Assembly (NCBI GenBank): GCA_039814715.1
Contig: JBCCAR010000018.1
Span: 4,856-68,855 of the forward strand
Length of the DNA stretch: 64,000 nt
DNA from: Pseudomonadota bacterium
Lineage (GTDB): Bacteria > Pseudomonadota > Alphaproteobacteria > Sphingomonadales > CAKZYD01
Reading direction: 5' to 3'
Part shown: positions 38,779 to 48,896 of the stretch, one piece after another
Position numbering within the stretch: position 1 is the stretch's first letter
Layout of the letters: every line of letters begins with the position of its first letter
Program-made: the position numbers and the translations under genes
Notes under the pieces: model-generated
Seen by the model: the letters and a program-made list of their open reading frames with translations, nothing else
Database searches by the model: none
Told to the model about the DNA's origin: nothing

Positions 38779-39418
38779 TCGCCAGACCGCCGTAGAGCAG
38801 CTTCTTGACGGCCTGCGCGCTGGCGGCGTGAGCGATGCTGCTGTGCTGGATGTGATGGCGAAGATGCCCCGCGACCAGTTTGTTGATGATACTATGGCGG
38901 ACTATGCCTGGGACAATCTGGCGCTGCCGATTTCAGATGGCCAAACCATCAGTCAGCCGCTGATGGTGGGCCTGATGACCCAGGCGCTTGAGGTCGAGGC
39001 AGGAGATAAGGTTTTAGAGATCGGCACCGGCTCAGGATATCAGTGCGCAATCCTCTCCCGGCTTGCCCGCCGCGTTTTCAGCGTGGAACGTTATAAGAAC
39101 CTGCACGATGCTGCTGAAAAACGTTTCGAAGCGTTGCGTTTACGCAACATCGTTTGCCGGCTCGACAATGGCTGGCGCGGATGGCCTGAACAAGCGCCGT
39201 TTAACAAAATAATGGTGACGGCCGCTGCAGCGGAGCTTCCCCACATGTTGTGGGAGCAATTGGCCGAAGGTGGACATATGGTGTTGCCAATTGGTCCCGA
39301 AAATGGACCGCAAGATGTGGTGCGAATTACGAAGAGCGATGGCAAAATGCGAAAGCAAACCGTGACCCCGGCCAAATTTGTGCCAATGGTGGATGACGAG
39401 CCTGTAAAGCCCCGCTAA
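38765..39418 (+). CDS. pcm: Protein-L-isoaspartate O-methyltransferase
   Basis: QTISQPLMV and the SAM motif VLEIGTGSGYQCAILS are present. 217 aa. Confidence 0.92.
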   Translation: MTMPDRQTAVEQLLDGLRAGGVSDAAVLDVMAKMPRDQFVDDTMADYAWDNLALPISDGQTISQPLMVGLMTQALEVEAGDKVLEIGTGSGYQCAILSRLARRVFSVERYKNLHDAAEKRFEALRLRNIVCRLDNGWRGWPEQAPFNKIMVTAAAAELPHMLWEQLAEGGHMVLPIGPENGPQDVVRITKSDGKMRKQTVTPAKFVPMVDDEPVKPR

Positions 39419-39490
39419 AGCCTTGAGTCCAAAAGGCGAATCTCAATGCCCGCGCTAGACAGGGATTCCGCTAAAATTTAATATTGCCCG

Positions 39491-40543
39491 ATGACTGGTC
39501 GATCAAACATCGCTGTGCTTGTGTGGTTTGCAAGTTTCTGCCTGGCCCTTGGGGCCTGCGCATCGCCGCGTACGGGTGTGTCTGATTACCGCAACATATC
39601 GCCGCGCTGGCAAATTTCTAACAGCCCGCTGCCCATCCCGTCTCCAAAAGCAAAACCCAAAGTCTACCGCGCCAGCGCGCCTGCCTCACGCGGCGGCGCT
39701 ACTTGGGTACCCGCATCAACATCATCTGCCTCAGGCTACAGGGTGCGCGCTGGAGATACGGTTTATGGTTTGGCGCGGCGCTTCAATGTGCCTGCCAGTC
39801 AGATCATCAAGGCCAACGGCTTGTCAAAGCCATATCATTTAAACCAGGGGCAACGCATTGCGCTGTCGCAATCGCCGCCTGCGCGGCCTAAGGTTTCCGC
39901 CCAGCAGCCTAAGCCGCGTGTCGTTAAGGCGTCCGCAAAGCCTAGGGCGAAGACATATACCGTCCGGCGCGGTGATGGGCTTTATGCGATCGCCCGCGCT
40001 AAAGGAGTTCCTGCAAGCCAGCTTATACGAGCAAATAAGCTGCGAAAGCCTTATGGGCTGCGTAAAGGGCAGGTGTTGGTCATTCCGGCGTTAGCTCAAG
40101 GCCAACATGCCAAGCCAGTGCGCGTCTCGCCGCATGCAGGGAGGGCGACGTTTATTTGGCCAGCGGCTGGCAAAGTGGTGTCGCGTTATGGCGTGAAAGC
40201 CGATGGGCTGCGCAATGATGGCATTAACATCGCTGCAGGTGCAGGCGATCCTGTCTATGCCGCTGCGAGCGGTGAAGTCATTTACGCAGGCGACCGGCTG
40301 CGCGCCTTCGGCAATTTGATTCTCGTGCGGCATGCCAGCGGTATGGTCAGCGCGTATGCCCATGTGGCAAAATTAATGGTCGTGGAGGGCCAGCAGGTGC
40401 GCCAAGGGGTGCAGATAGCGACAGTGGGGAAAACAGGCCTGGTAAAGACGCCGCAGCTGCACTTTGAGCTGCGCCGCGATAGCCAAGCGATCGACCCCAT
40501 ACGCTATCTCGGCCGTTTACAAATGGCGTCTGCGGGGCGCTAA
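39491..40543 (+). CDS. nlpD: LysM-domain M23 peptidase lipoprotein (NlpD-like)
   Basis: Lipobox LALGAC, two LysM repeats (YRVRAGDTVYGLARRF and YTVRRGDGLYAIAR), and an M23 domain (GINIAAGAGDPVYAA...LILVRHASG...PQLHFELRRD). Confidence 0.88.
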   Translation: MTGRSNIAVLVWFASFCLALGACASPRTGVSDYRNISPRWQISNSPLPIPSPKAKPKVYRASAPASRGGATWVPASTSSASGYRVRAGDTVYGLARRFNVPASQIIKANGLSKPYHLNQGQRIALSQSPPARPKVSAQQPKPRVVKASAKPRAKTYTVRRGDGLYAIARAKGVPASQLIRANKLRKPYGLRKGQVLVIPALAQGQHAKPVRVSPHAGRATFIWPAAGKVVSRYGVKADGLRNDGINIAAGAGDPVYAAASGEVIYAGDRLRAFGNLILVRHASGMVSAYAHVAKLMVVEGQQVRQGVQIATVGKTGLVKTPQLHFELRRDSQAIDPIRYLGRLQMASAGR

Positions 40544-41412
40544 AGCGCTATCATTCGTGCATGGGCGCCGGCCCAATCTTGAATAAACTGCCAAGCCACC
40601 CGGCCAGAGCGGGCGCCGCGTGTGACCGACCATGCCTTTGCTGCCTCTTCCAAGCCCTCTTCAGGCAAGCCAAAGCGCTGCGCATAGGTGTTGACCATGT
40701 CGAGATACAATCGCTGGCCGACGGAATGAAACCCCAGCCAAAGGCCGAAGCGATCTGAAAGCGATACCGCTTCTTCAACGGCCTCAGCGGGATTGATCGC
40801 GCTAGAACGCTCATTTTCCATCATATCACGCGGCATGAGATGGCGGCGATTGGAAGTGGCGTATAGCAAGACATTGGCAGGGCGCCCCGCAAGGCCGCCT
40901 TCAAGCACGGCCTTGAGCGATTTGTAGCTGCTATCATGCGCATCAAAGGAGAGGTCATCACAAAAAAGCAGCAGCTGCCGCGGTATGTCTTTGACCAAAG
41001 TAATCAGCGCAGGAAGTGTTTCAATATCTTCGCGGTGAATCTCAACCAGCGCCGGGCGCGGCGCCGGAAGGCTTGCATGAATAGCTTTGACAAGGGAGCT
41101 TTTCCCCGTGCCGCGTGCGCCCCATAATAGGGCGTTGTTCGCTGGTAAACCTGCTGCGAAGCGCTTTGTGTTTTCAAGCAATGTGGCTTTGGCTTGATCA
41201 ATGCCCAGTAATAGCTCTAGCGGCATCGCAGACACTGTCTCTAACGCGTCTACGCTGCCTGTGTTTGCCTGCCAGACATAGGCGTCTGCGCGCGTAAAAT
41301 CCGGCTTTTCCGGCACGATAGGCGATAAACGTTCCACTGCTAGGGCAATTCGCTCTAGCAATGTGCGGGCAGGGGGCTTATCTGCCATCCTAAACACCTT
41401 GTCCTGTGTCAT
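40540..41412 (-). CDS. DUF815 family AAA-type ATPase
   Basis: Walker A LLWGARGTGKSSLVKAI and Walker B LLLFCDDLSF are present. The start is uncertain; ATGs at 41442, 41412 and 41388 are candidates. The full ORF to 41616 would overlap yajC and is rejected. Confidence 0.75.
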   Translation of the reverse strand: MTQDKVFRMADKPPARTLLERIALAVERLSPIVPEKPDFTRADAYVWQANTGSVDALETVSAMPLELLLGIDQAKATLLENTKRFAAGLPANNALLWGARGTGKSSLVKAIHASLPAPRPALVEIHREDIETLPALITLVKDIPRQLLLFCDDLSFDAHDSSYKSLKAVLEGGLAGRPANVLLYATSNRRHLMPRDMMENERSSAINPAEAVEEAVSLSDRFGLWLGFHSVGQRLYLDMVNTYAQRFGLPEEGLEEAAKAWSVTRGARSGRVAWQFIQDWAGAHARMIAL

Positions 41413-41469
41413 TGCGGTCTTGCCGCTTTCATAGTGCGACATGGTTAAGAAGGCCAGAGAAGGAAATAA

Positions 41470-41805
41470 GTGATGTTCATTGATCCCGCATATGCGCAAA
41501 CCGATGTCGGCGGAATGTCTGCCATATTGGCAAGCCCAATCACCATGATTGTGCTGATGTTCATCATTTTCTATTTCCTCTTGATCCGGCCGCAGCAGAA
41601 GCGCCTTAAAGATCATCAGGCCATGATTGGGGGTATTCGCCGCGGGGATGTTGTTGTCACGGCTGGCGGACTGATTGGCAAGGTGTCAAAAGTGAATGAT
41701 GATGATCTGGATATTGACTTGTCGGACGGCGTTCGGGTGAAGGCTGTGAAATCCACCATTTCTGACGTGCGCTCAAAAACTGAGCCTGCAAACGATAGCA
41801 AATAA
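41470..41805 (+). CDS. yajC: Preprotein translocase subunit YajC
   Basis: FYFLLIRPQQKRLKDHQAMIGGIRRGDVVVTAGGLIGKV is present. 111 aa. Confidence 0.92.
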   Translation: MMFIDPAYAQTDVGGMSAILASPITMIVLMFIIFYFLLIRPQQKRLKDHQAMIGGIRRGDVVVTAGGLIGKVSKVNDDDLDIDLSDGVRVKAVKSTISDVRSKTEPANDSK

Positions 41806-41853
41806 ATCAGCGCTAGCCTCTTACCGCTCAAAGCCTGAAAGCGACCTGCCTCT

Positions 41854-43470
41854 ATGCTTGATTTCCCGCGTTGGAAAATAGTGCTGATTACCGGCATTTG
41901 CCTTTTGGGCCTCCTTTTCGCCTTGCCCAATGTCCTGCCGCAACTCACTCGCGATCAGCTGCCTGGGTGGATGCCAGCAAACACGGTGAACTTGGGGCTA
42001 GATCTGCAAGGCGGTTCTCACTTTCTCTTGGAAGTGGACAGCGCGTCCGTCTTGAAAGAGCAGGTCGAAAACTTTGGCGATACGATCCGGTCAGCCATGC
42101 GCGATGCACGCACACCGCAAGGGCGGCGCATTGGCTATGCGAATTTCACAGCGACAGACTTGGGCGTCCAATTCGATTTGCGCGATCCCACCCAGCGCGA
42201 TGTCGTCCGTAAAGTCCTAAATGCTGCGATCTCGCCGGTGGGGGATGGCCCTCTCGGCCCTGGTCAGCCGAATTTTGAGTTTGATATCGCGGAAACGGGC
42301 GAGGTCACGGCGACGTTGAGCGAAGCAGCTGTTTCGGCCCGCAAAAAACAAGTGGTTGGCCAATCAATCGAAGTGATCCGCCGCCGCGTGGATGAACTCG
42401 GCACGCGCGAACCCACTATCCAAGGCCAGGGCGAAGACCGCATCGTCGTCCAGCTACCAGGTCTTCAAGACCCAGAGGAAGCCAAACGTATCTTTACGCA
42501 AACCGCGCGGCTCACCTTTCATTTGGTTGATGTGTCAGTCGACCAGGCGGATATCGGGCGTGGACGTATACCGCCGGGAACGGAGGTGTTGCCCTTTGTG
42601 GAAACCCCCGATCAAAAGATCGCTATCCGCCGCAGAGCCATGATCACTGGCGATCAATTAACGAACGCCACCGCCAATTTCAGTCAAAACCAATGGGTCG
42701 TGAATATCGATTTTGATTCAGGCGGCGGGCGCACCTTTGCAAAGGTCACGACAGAGAACGTTGACCGGCCCTTCGCGATCGTCCTCGACAATGAAGTCAT
42801 TTCCGCGCCCAACATCAATGAGCCCATCTTAGGCGGCTCTGCGCAAATTTCTGGGAGCTTTAATGCTGAAAGCGCATCGCAGCTTGCCTTGCTCCTGCGC
42901 GCTGGTGCTTTGCCAGCAGATTTAACTGTGTTGGAAGAGCGCACTGTCGGCCCGGACATGGGCGCGGAATCCGTAAACGCAGGTAAATTGGCAGGCATCA
43001 TTGGTCTTGTTGCAGTGGTTGTCTTCATGGTTATGGTCTACGGCCGCTTTGGCTTTGTCGCTGATATAGCGTTGCTTGCGAATATCGTTCTGCTGCTCGC
43101 GGCGATGTCGGGCCTGCAAGCAACGCTTACCTTGCCAGGGATTGCTGGCATCGTGCTTACAGTTGGTATGGCAGTGGATGCGAACGTGCTTGTCTTCGAG
43201 CGCATTCGTGAAGAACTGCGGGTGGGGCGAAAGCCGGTGCAAGCCGTGGACGCCGGCTATCGCAATGCTATGAGTACGATTTTTGATGCCAACATCACGA
43301 CGCTGCTCGCGGCGCTGTTGATGTTCCAGTTTGGCTCAGGGCCAGTGAAGGGGTTCGCCGTCACTTTGGCGATCGGTATCATTACCTCAGTGTTTAGCGC
43401 GATCATGGTCACGCGGATGATCTTAACCCTTTGGCTGCGCCGTTCGCGGCCCAAGACGCTGACGCTTTAG
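41854..43470 (+). CDS. secD: Protein translocase subunit SecD
   Basis: 538 aa with LGLDLQGGSHFLLEVD and the C-terminal six-TM RND-like domain ending GFAVTLAIGIITSVFSAIMVTR. Confidence 0.95.
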   Translation: MLDFPRWKIVLITGICLLGLLFALPNVLPQLTRDQLPGWMPANTVNLGLDLQGGSHFLLEVDSASVLKEQVENFGDTIRSAMRDARTPQGRRIGYANFTATDLGVQFDLRDPTQRDVVRKVLNAAISPVGDGPLGPGQPNFEFDIAETGEVTATLSEAAVSARKKQVVGQSIEVIRRRVDELGTREPTIQGQGEDRIVVQLPGLQDPEEAKRIFTQTARLTFHLVDVSVDQADIGRGRIPPGTEVLPFVETPDQKIAIRRRAMITGDQLTNATANFSQNQWVVNIDFDSGGGRTFAKVTTENVDRPFAIVLDNEVISAPNINEPILGGSAQISGSFNAESASQLALLLRAGALPADLTVLEERTVGPDMGAESVNAGKLAGIIGLVAVVVFMVMVYGRFGFVADIALLANIVLLLAAMSGLQATLTLPGIAGIVLTVGMAVDANVLVFERIREELRVGRKPVQAVDAGYRNAMSTIFDANITTLLAALLMFQFGSGPVKGFAVTLAIGIITSVFSAIMVTRMILTLWLRRSRPKTLTL

Positions 43471-43488
43471 CGCGGGAAGGCAAGGAAG

Positions 43489-44418
43489 ATGTTATTAAGG
43501 CTGGTCCCTGAAAAAACCGCCATTCCCTTCATGGCCTTTCGCAAAATTGCGATGGTTTTATCGGTTATCCTGATCATTGCCTCTGGCGCATACACGTATT
43601 TGCATGGCCTAAATTTCGGTATTGATTTTCGCGGCGGTGTGACGATTGAGGTCAAAACCGATGGCCCCGCCGACGTAGAGGGCATTCGCGCCGCTGTCTC
43701 TGGCCTCGGTCTTGGCGATGTCGCCGCCCAGGAGTTTGGTGCACCTGATGATGTCTTGATCCGCATCGAACGCCAAGCAGAGGGCAGTCAACAAGCTGCC
43801 ATCAATTCGGTCTTATCGGCCCTGACAGAAAAATTTGGCGATACCTATGACGTGCGGCGCACGGAAGTGGTCGGCCCGAAAGTCTCTGGCGAGCTTGTGC
43901 AAAAGGGCATCACTGCCGTGCTGCTCGCGGTCGGCGCCATCATGATCTACATTTGGTTTCGTTTTGAATGGCAATTTGGACTGGGGGCCGTTGTGTCCTT
44001 GATCCACGATGTGGCGCTCACGATTGGCTTCTTCTCGATCACGGGCCTTGAATTTAACCTCTCCATCGTTGCCGCCATTCTCACCATCGTGGGCTACTCG
44101 CTCAATGATACCGTCGTTGTTTTCGACCGTATTCGTGAGAACCTGCGCAAATACCGCAAGCCGAGAATTCTTGAAATCATTGATCAATCGCTCAATGAAA
44201 CACTGGCGCGCACGTTGATGACGTCTGTCACGACATTGCTTGCCTTGCTGGCACTGTTTTTCTTGGGCGGCGAGGTTATTCGTGGGTTTACCGCAGCCAT
44301 GATCTGGGGCGTCGTGATCGGAACGTACTCTTCCATCTTTGTGGCATCCCCGGTCCTCAACGCGCTCAATGTCAGCCGCGAAGCATTTATCCCGCAGGAA
44401 GCCAATGCGCGCCCTTAA
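43489..44418 (+). CDS. secF: Protein translocase subunit SecF
   Basis: 309 aa with GIDFRGGVTIEV and YSLNDTVVVFDRIRENL. Confidence 0.95.
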   Translation: MLLRLVPEKTAIPFMAFRKIAMVLSVILIIASGAYTYLHGLNFGIDFRGGVTIEVKTDGPADVEGIRAAVSGLGLGDVAAQEFGAPDDVLIRIERQAEGSQQAAINSVLSALTEKFGDTYDVRRTEVVGPKVSGELVQKGITAVLLAVGAIMIYIWFRFEWQFGLGAVVSLIHDVALTIGFFSITGLEFNLSIVAAILTIVGYSLNDTVVVFDRIRENLRKYRKPRILEIIDQSLNETLARTLMTSVTTLLALLALFFLGGEVIRGFTAAMIWGVVIGTYSSIFVASPVLNALNVSREAFIPQEANARP

Positions 44419-44442
44419 GCGGGGCCAAAAGGCGCACCTGCC

Positions 44443-44823
44443 ATGCAGCTAACGAAGAACGACCCCGGGGATAAGTTTTTGATCAGCGGTTATAGCGACA
44501 CGGGGTTCCGCGTCGCTGGCAAGGTGCAAGACGGCGCCGTGCTGGTCTCAAGCGTCTATGCAGAGCCAGCGCCCATTGACGTCTTCGAAGCGATTGATGA
44601 CAGCGCCGCTGACACGATTGCGGCCCTTCTCGGGCCGCTGGATGTGTTGCTCATCGGGACCGGGAAATCGATGAAAGTGTTACCATCGGCAGTGCGCGCT
44701 GCGTTTGAGCGCTGCGGCGTTCCAGTGGACGTGATGGATACGGGCGCAGCTGCGCGAACTTACAATGTACTGGTCATGGAAGATCGGCGCGCAGCTTGCC
44801 TTTTGTTTCCCAGTGGCGCTTGA
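44443..44823 (+). CDS. Mth938-like (DUF498) protein, homologue of the mitochondrial complex I assembly factor NDUFAF3
   Basis: 126 aa with LISGYSDTGFRVAGKVQDGAVLV, LLIGTGKSM and TGAAARTYNVLVMEDRRAACLL. Confidence 0.75.
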   Translation: MQLTKNDPGDKFLISGYSDTGFRVAGKVQDGAVLVSSVYAEPAPIDVFEAIDDSAADTIAALLGPLDVLLIGTGKSMKVLPSAVRAAFERCGVPVDVMDTGAAARTYNVLVMEDRRAACLLFPSGA

Positions 44824-45652
44824 TCCTATAACCAGCAGCTGCGCGCAGCAGCTGCGCACTCTCGATCATAGTGCATATATTGGCTGCCTCTTTGCCGATC
44901 CGCGCGATCAGCCAGCCTTGATTGCCTTGCAGGCCTATAATGGTGAGCTAGCCCGCATAAGAGAGAGCGTGAGCGAACCTATGCTCGGTGAAATCCGTCT
45001 TACGTGGTGGCGCGAAGCCCTGGAAGGAGCGGAAGTGGGAAACGTGCGTGAACATCCCGTAGTGAAGGCCCTTGCGCCGCATATTCAAAATGGCGCTCTT
45101 GGTTCGGACGCTCTGCTGTCAATGATCGATGCGCGCCAGCAAGATTTGTATGAAGAAGGGCCAAAAGATCGCCGCAGCGTCAGCGACTATGCTGCAAGCA
45201 CGGGCGGCGCACTCTATAGCTTAGCCATTGCAGCAAGCGGCGGTGATGTACAGGCGCAGGCACGTGCAGGCATTGTTGGTGCGGCTGCGACCTTGGTTGG
45301 TATTGTCCGCTCTGTTGCCTTTCACGCACAGATGCGGCGCTCGCACATGCCAGAAGATGTCCTGCAAGACATGGGTTTGCAGCGCGACGCGGTCTTCCAA
45401 GGGCAATTCACCGCAGACCTGAAGATGTATCTGCAAGAGGCTGGAAATGAAGCGTTAGAAAGCCTAACCCAAGGCCTGAGAAGCGATTGGTCCGCGCGCC
45501 ATAGGCGGGCGCTTGCGCCTTTGGTTTTTGCCGCCAGAACGGCCAAAGCCTTAGCGCGGAATGGGTTTGATCCAGAAAAACCAACCAATAGCGCATCTTT
45601 ACCCGGCACCATCTTACGGACCTGGTGGTTTGTATGGACTGGCAGAGTTTAA
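44813..45652 (+). CDS. Squalene/phytoene synthase family protein, NDUFAF6-like
   Basis: LQAYNGELARIRESVSEPMLGEIRLTWWREAL is typical of the trans-IPPS head-to-head fold family. The ORF opens at 44765. The GTG at 44813 is the likelier start; it overlaps the upstream gene by 11 nt. Confidence 0.7.
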   Translation: MALDPITSSCAQQLRTLDHSAYIGCLFADPRDQPALIALQAYNGELARIRESVSEPMLGEIRLTWWREALEGAEVGNVREHPVVKALAPHIQNGALGSDALLSMIDARQQDLYEEGPKDRRSVSDYAASTGGALYSLAIAASGGDVQAQARAGIVGAAATLVGIVRSVAFHAQMRRSHMPEDVLQDMGLQRDAVFQGQFTADLKMYLQEAGNEALESLTQGLRSDWSARHRRALAPLVFAARTAKALARNGFDPEKPTNSASLPGTILRTWWFVWTGRV

Positions 45653-45814
45653 ATTGCAGAAGCTTTAAAAAAACACGTCTGAGGCATTGCTTTTCAAGTA
45701 AAAATCCGCTTCGATGCGGCTGCAGTCTTGGGGAGCCTCGCCGCCTGGTAGAGGAGCCAGATGTCTAAGACATGGCGTAACTTGAAAAAACCGACAGCGG
45801 GAGCAGACCGTCTC

Positions 45815-46222
45815 ATGAGCTATAGCATCAACGATATTGAGGGTATTGGCCCAGCATTGGCCGAAAAATTAAAAGTCGCTGGCATTCGTACAACGGGCGC
45901 TTTGCTGGAGCGGGCCGCGACGCCTAAAGGCCGCAAAGAAGTCGCCGCGGAAAGTGGGATCGGCGAAAAGCAAATTTTGAAATTCGCGAATATGGCGGAC
46001 CTCATGCGGATTAAAGGCGTTGGGGAAGAGTATTCAGAGCTTTTGGAAGCGGCTGGCGTCGACACAGTCAAAGAGCTCCGCAATCGCCGCCCAGACAATC
46101 TGACGGCCAAAATGGCGGAAGTAAACGCAACCAAAAAGTTGGTGCGCAGCTTACCATCTGAAAAAGTGGTTGAGGGCTGGGTCGCGCAGGCCAAAGAGCT
46201 TGACCCTGTGATGAGTTACTAA
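45815..46222 (+). CDS. DUF4332 domain protein (helix-hairpin-helix repeats)
   Basis: MSYSINDIEGIGPALAEKLKVAGIRTTGALL and MRIKGVGEEYSELLEAAGVDTVKEL are present. The start is placed at ATG 45815; the ORF opens at 45761. Confidence 0.7.
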   Translation: MSYSINDIEGIGPALAEKLKVAGIRTTGALLERAATPKGRKEVAAESGIGEKQILKFANMADLMRIKGVGEEYSELLEAAGVDTVKELRNRRPDNLTAKMAEVNATKKLVRSLPSEKVVEGWVAQAKELDPVMSY

Positions 46223-46250
46223 GCTAGTCCCAAGGCGAACAAGACTATCA

Positions 46251-46284
46251 AGCATGCCCTGCGCGATTGGGCATGCTTTTTTTA
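46251..46284 (+). terminator. Rho-independent terminator of the DUF4332 gene
   Basis: AGCATGCCC (46251-46259) pairs with GGGCATGCT (46269-46277) around a 9-nt loop, followed by a T7 run. It overlaps the trmFO stop codon on the other strand. Confidence 0.8.
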
Positions 46285-47622
46285 TTCCGCAGCTACGGCC
46301 TCCGCTCCAAGCCATGGCTCTAGCGCTTCTAACGCGCGTTTGCTCATGGCGGGTTTGCGCTCTTTCTTCTTGGTGCGCTGGGCGAGCGGCGGAAAGAGGC
46401 CGAAATTCACATTCATGGGCTGGAAGCTGTCTGGCATCGCGCCGCCGGTAATGTGATGGAGCAGCGCGCCCATCGCCGTTTCCCGCGGCGGCGCGATTAA
46501 CGCTTCGCCAAGGGCTTCAGCGGCTGCAAAGCGGCCAGCGAGCAATCCAATGGCTGCTGATTCCACATAGCCTTCAACGCCCGTAATTTGCCCAGCAAAG
46601 CGCACGCGCGGATCAGCCTTCAGCCGTAATTTATCATCAAGCACCTTAGGTGAATTGATAAAGGTGTTGCGGTGCAGGCCGCCGAGCCGGGCAAAACGCG
46701 CATTTTCAAGCCCAGGGATCATCCGCAAAACGTCTGCTTGGGCGCCATATTTCAACTTCGTTTGAAAACCGACAATATTATAAAGCGTGCCCAGCTTGTT
46801 ATCTTGCCGCAGCTGAACCACCGCATGGGGCCGGTCATCGCTATGGGGGTTGCTGAGGCCAACAGGTTTCATCGGTCCAAAGCGAAGCGTTTCAGGCCCG
46901 CGCGATGCCATGATTTCAATGGGCATGCAGCCTTCAAAATAGGGTGTATTTTCTTCCCACTCTTTGAAGTCGGTCTTATCGCCATCCAACAAGGCGTTGA
47001 TAAAGGCTGTATACTCCGCTTCGCTCATGGGGCAGTTGATATAGTCTTTCCCATCCCCGCCATCGGTGGATTTGTCATAGCGCGACTGGAACCAAGCCTT
47101 TGAAAAATCGATGCTGTCCTTATAGACGATTGGCGCAATGGCATCGAAAAAGGCGAGGGCATCTTCGCCAGTCTGGTCCTGAATGGCAGCGCCCAGGCGC
47201 TCAAGCGTTAGTGGCCCTGTAGCAATAATAACGCGCTCCCACTTGAGTGGCGGCCATGTCTCAAGTGGCTCTCGTACGAGCGTAATGCGCGGATGTGTTT
47301 CTATGGCGTTTTGAACGCCTCGAGAAAAGACGTCTCGGTCCACGGCCATAGCCCCGCCCGCTGGTACGCGCGCCTCTTCCCCTGCCGTCATTATGAGGGA
47401 CTGGGCCCGGCGCATTTCTTCATGCAGCAACCCAACTGCGTTGTTCATCGCATCATCGCTGCGGAACGAATTTGAACAGACGAGTTCAGCCAGCCCATCC
47501 GTTTGATGTGCAGCGGTTTGTTCCTTTGGGCGCATCTCATAGAGCGTCACGTCTACCCCGCGCTGCGCTGCTTGCCAGGCCGCCTCACAGCCCGCGAGCC
47601 CGCCTCCAACGATGTTAATCAT
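46282..47622 (-). CDS. trmFO: Methylenetetrahydrofolate--tRNA-(uracil54-C5)-methyltransferase TrmFO
   Basis: [23 protein letters not shown] and [11 protein letters not shown] are present. 446 aa. Confidence 0.95.
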   Translation of the reverse strand: MINIVGGGLAGCEAAWQAAQRGVDVTLYEMRPKEQTAAHQTDGLAELVCSNSFRSDDAMNNAVGLLHEEMRRAQSLIMTAGEEARVPAGGAMAVDRDVFSRGVQNAIETHPRITLVREPLETWPPLKWERVIIATGPLTLERLGAAIQDQTGEDALAFFDAIAPIVYKDSIDFSKAWFQSRYDKSTDGGDGKDYINCPMSEAEYTAFINALLDGDKTDFKEWEENTPYFEGCMPIEIMASRGPETLRFGPMKPVGLSNPHSDDRPHAVVQLRQDNKLGTLYNIVGFQTKLKYGAQADVLRMIPGLENARFARLGGLHRNTFINSPKVLDDKLRLKADPRVRFAGQITGVEGYVESAAIGLLAGRFAAAEALGEALIAPPRETAMGALLHHITGGAMPDSFQPMNVNFGLFPPLAQRTKKKERKPAMSKRALEALEPWLGAEAVAAE

Positions 47623-47861
47623 AGTTGATCTCCTTGCCCCACGAGCTACGCAAAGGGCAAGGTCACGTCAAGAAGCGCGCTATTCAGAACATTCGATTAT
47701 CGCAGGCAGCAGGTGCGTTGTGGCTGTGTTTAAGCAGTAGCAAATCGCGAACGATGGTTGATTCACTATTCAACTCACGCCGCCAACCTGAATCGCTCCA
47801 CCAGGAGCAGTCTTGGAACAGGCACCCCCCTTTTAATGAGGGCGCCTGTTGGTTTCAGACC

Positions 47862-48641
47862 CTAGGCAGCTGTCCCCAGGTAGCCTAGTTGTGCGGCTTT
47901 GAAGATCGTTTGCGAGCGGTTGACTGTGTTCAGCTTTTCGCCAGCATTTTTGATGTGGAAGCGGATGGTGGCGTGGCTGCGCGAGAGGATCATGGAGATC
48001 TCTCGGTCGGTCTTGCCGACGGCAGCCCAGCGCAAACACTCAACTTCGCGTTTTGTCAGCTGGCAATCCGATGGGACGAGCGAGCGGCCGCGGGTTGCTT
48101 TGACATAGCCGGTGATGAAGCGGTGCGCTAGGACTTGAAGGTCGTCAGCGTGCTGGCCAAAATCATCAGACAGGTCTTCGCGGTTGTCGCGCGGCGCAAG
48201 CGACATGGCGCCAATTTGACCTAGCGGTAAATGCACAGGCACAATGATGCCCGAGCGAATGCCGGAGCGTTTTTCAAAGTCAGAGACGTCAATTTCATCC
48301 AAGAATGGATTGGGTTGACGCGGGTAGAACCCTTCAACATTGCACCAGAAGGGCTCGTTCTCGTAGCGGCACGCGCGCGGCACTGGGCTGGTAAGAGCGA
48401 GGCGGGAATTCTTCCACCATTGTTCGCTTTCATCCGTCCAGCCAAAGACTGTCTCAGCGAGGATGTTCCCATCCTGGTCTTTCATTGGAATTTTGGAGGC
48501 AATGTTATCGCAGGCAGCGATGCGATAGCCGCCAATCGCCTCTGCCATATCGCGCAGCTGGACGGCTGCTGGCAAAACATCCTCTACAGTTTGAATTGCA
48601 AATTCATAGTGATCGGCAACGATTCCCATAAAGCTCCCCAC
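47862..48641 (-). CDS. LuxR family transcriptional regulator with an N-terminal autoinducer-binding-like domain (solo; no luxI in window)
   Basis: The C-terminal HTH reads LTKREVECLRWAAVGKTDREISMILSRSHATIRFHIKNAGEKL. The N-terminal domain of about 180 aa has LuxR/TraR-receptor size and pattern (PFWC..., IIVPVH). Confidence 0.82.
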   Translation of the reverse strand: MGSFMGIVADHYEFAIQTVEDVLPAAVQLRDMAEAIGGYRIAACDNIASKIPMKDQDGNILAETVFGWTDESEQWWKNSRLALTSPVPRACRYENEPFWCNVEGFYPRQPNPFLDEIDVSDFEKRSGIRSGIIVPVHLPLGQIGAMSLAPRDNREDLSDDFGQHADDLQVLAHRFITGYVKATRGRSLVPSDCQLTKREVECLRWAAVGKTDREISMILSRSHATIRFHIKNAGEKLNTVNRSQTIFKAAQLGYLGTAA

Positions 48642-48896
48642 GGATAAGAGTTGACCGGTCTTGCAAGAAAAGGCGGGTGCTTCGCTTTTACGAATGTCAT
48701 GGCCTGGTCATGCAAGGTGAATGCGCGAGCCAACACGCCTGAGAACAGATAGCTCAGCAAAGTGGGGGCTAACGAATTCGAGAGCATGGCTATCACGGGT
48801 TGAGGAAAAAAACAAACAGTCCAGCATGTTTCTTGTGCGGCGCAGCAAAATTCGGTGTCTGCGCGGCGTTTTTGCGGGCGGACTTTTCGCCTATCT

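Noticed and set aside
47820-47856. The imperfect hairpin AACAGGCACCCC..GGGCGCCTGTT just downstream of the luxR stop, as a terminator.
   Set aside because: The stem contains a mismatch or wobble, and no U-run follows on the minus strand. The evidence is insufficient for a terminator call.
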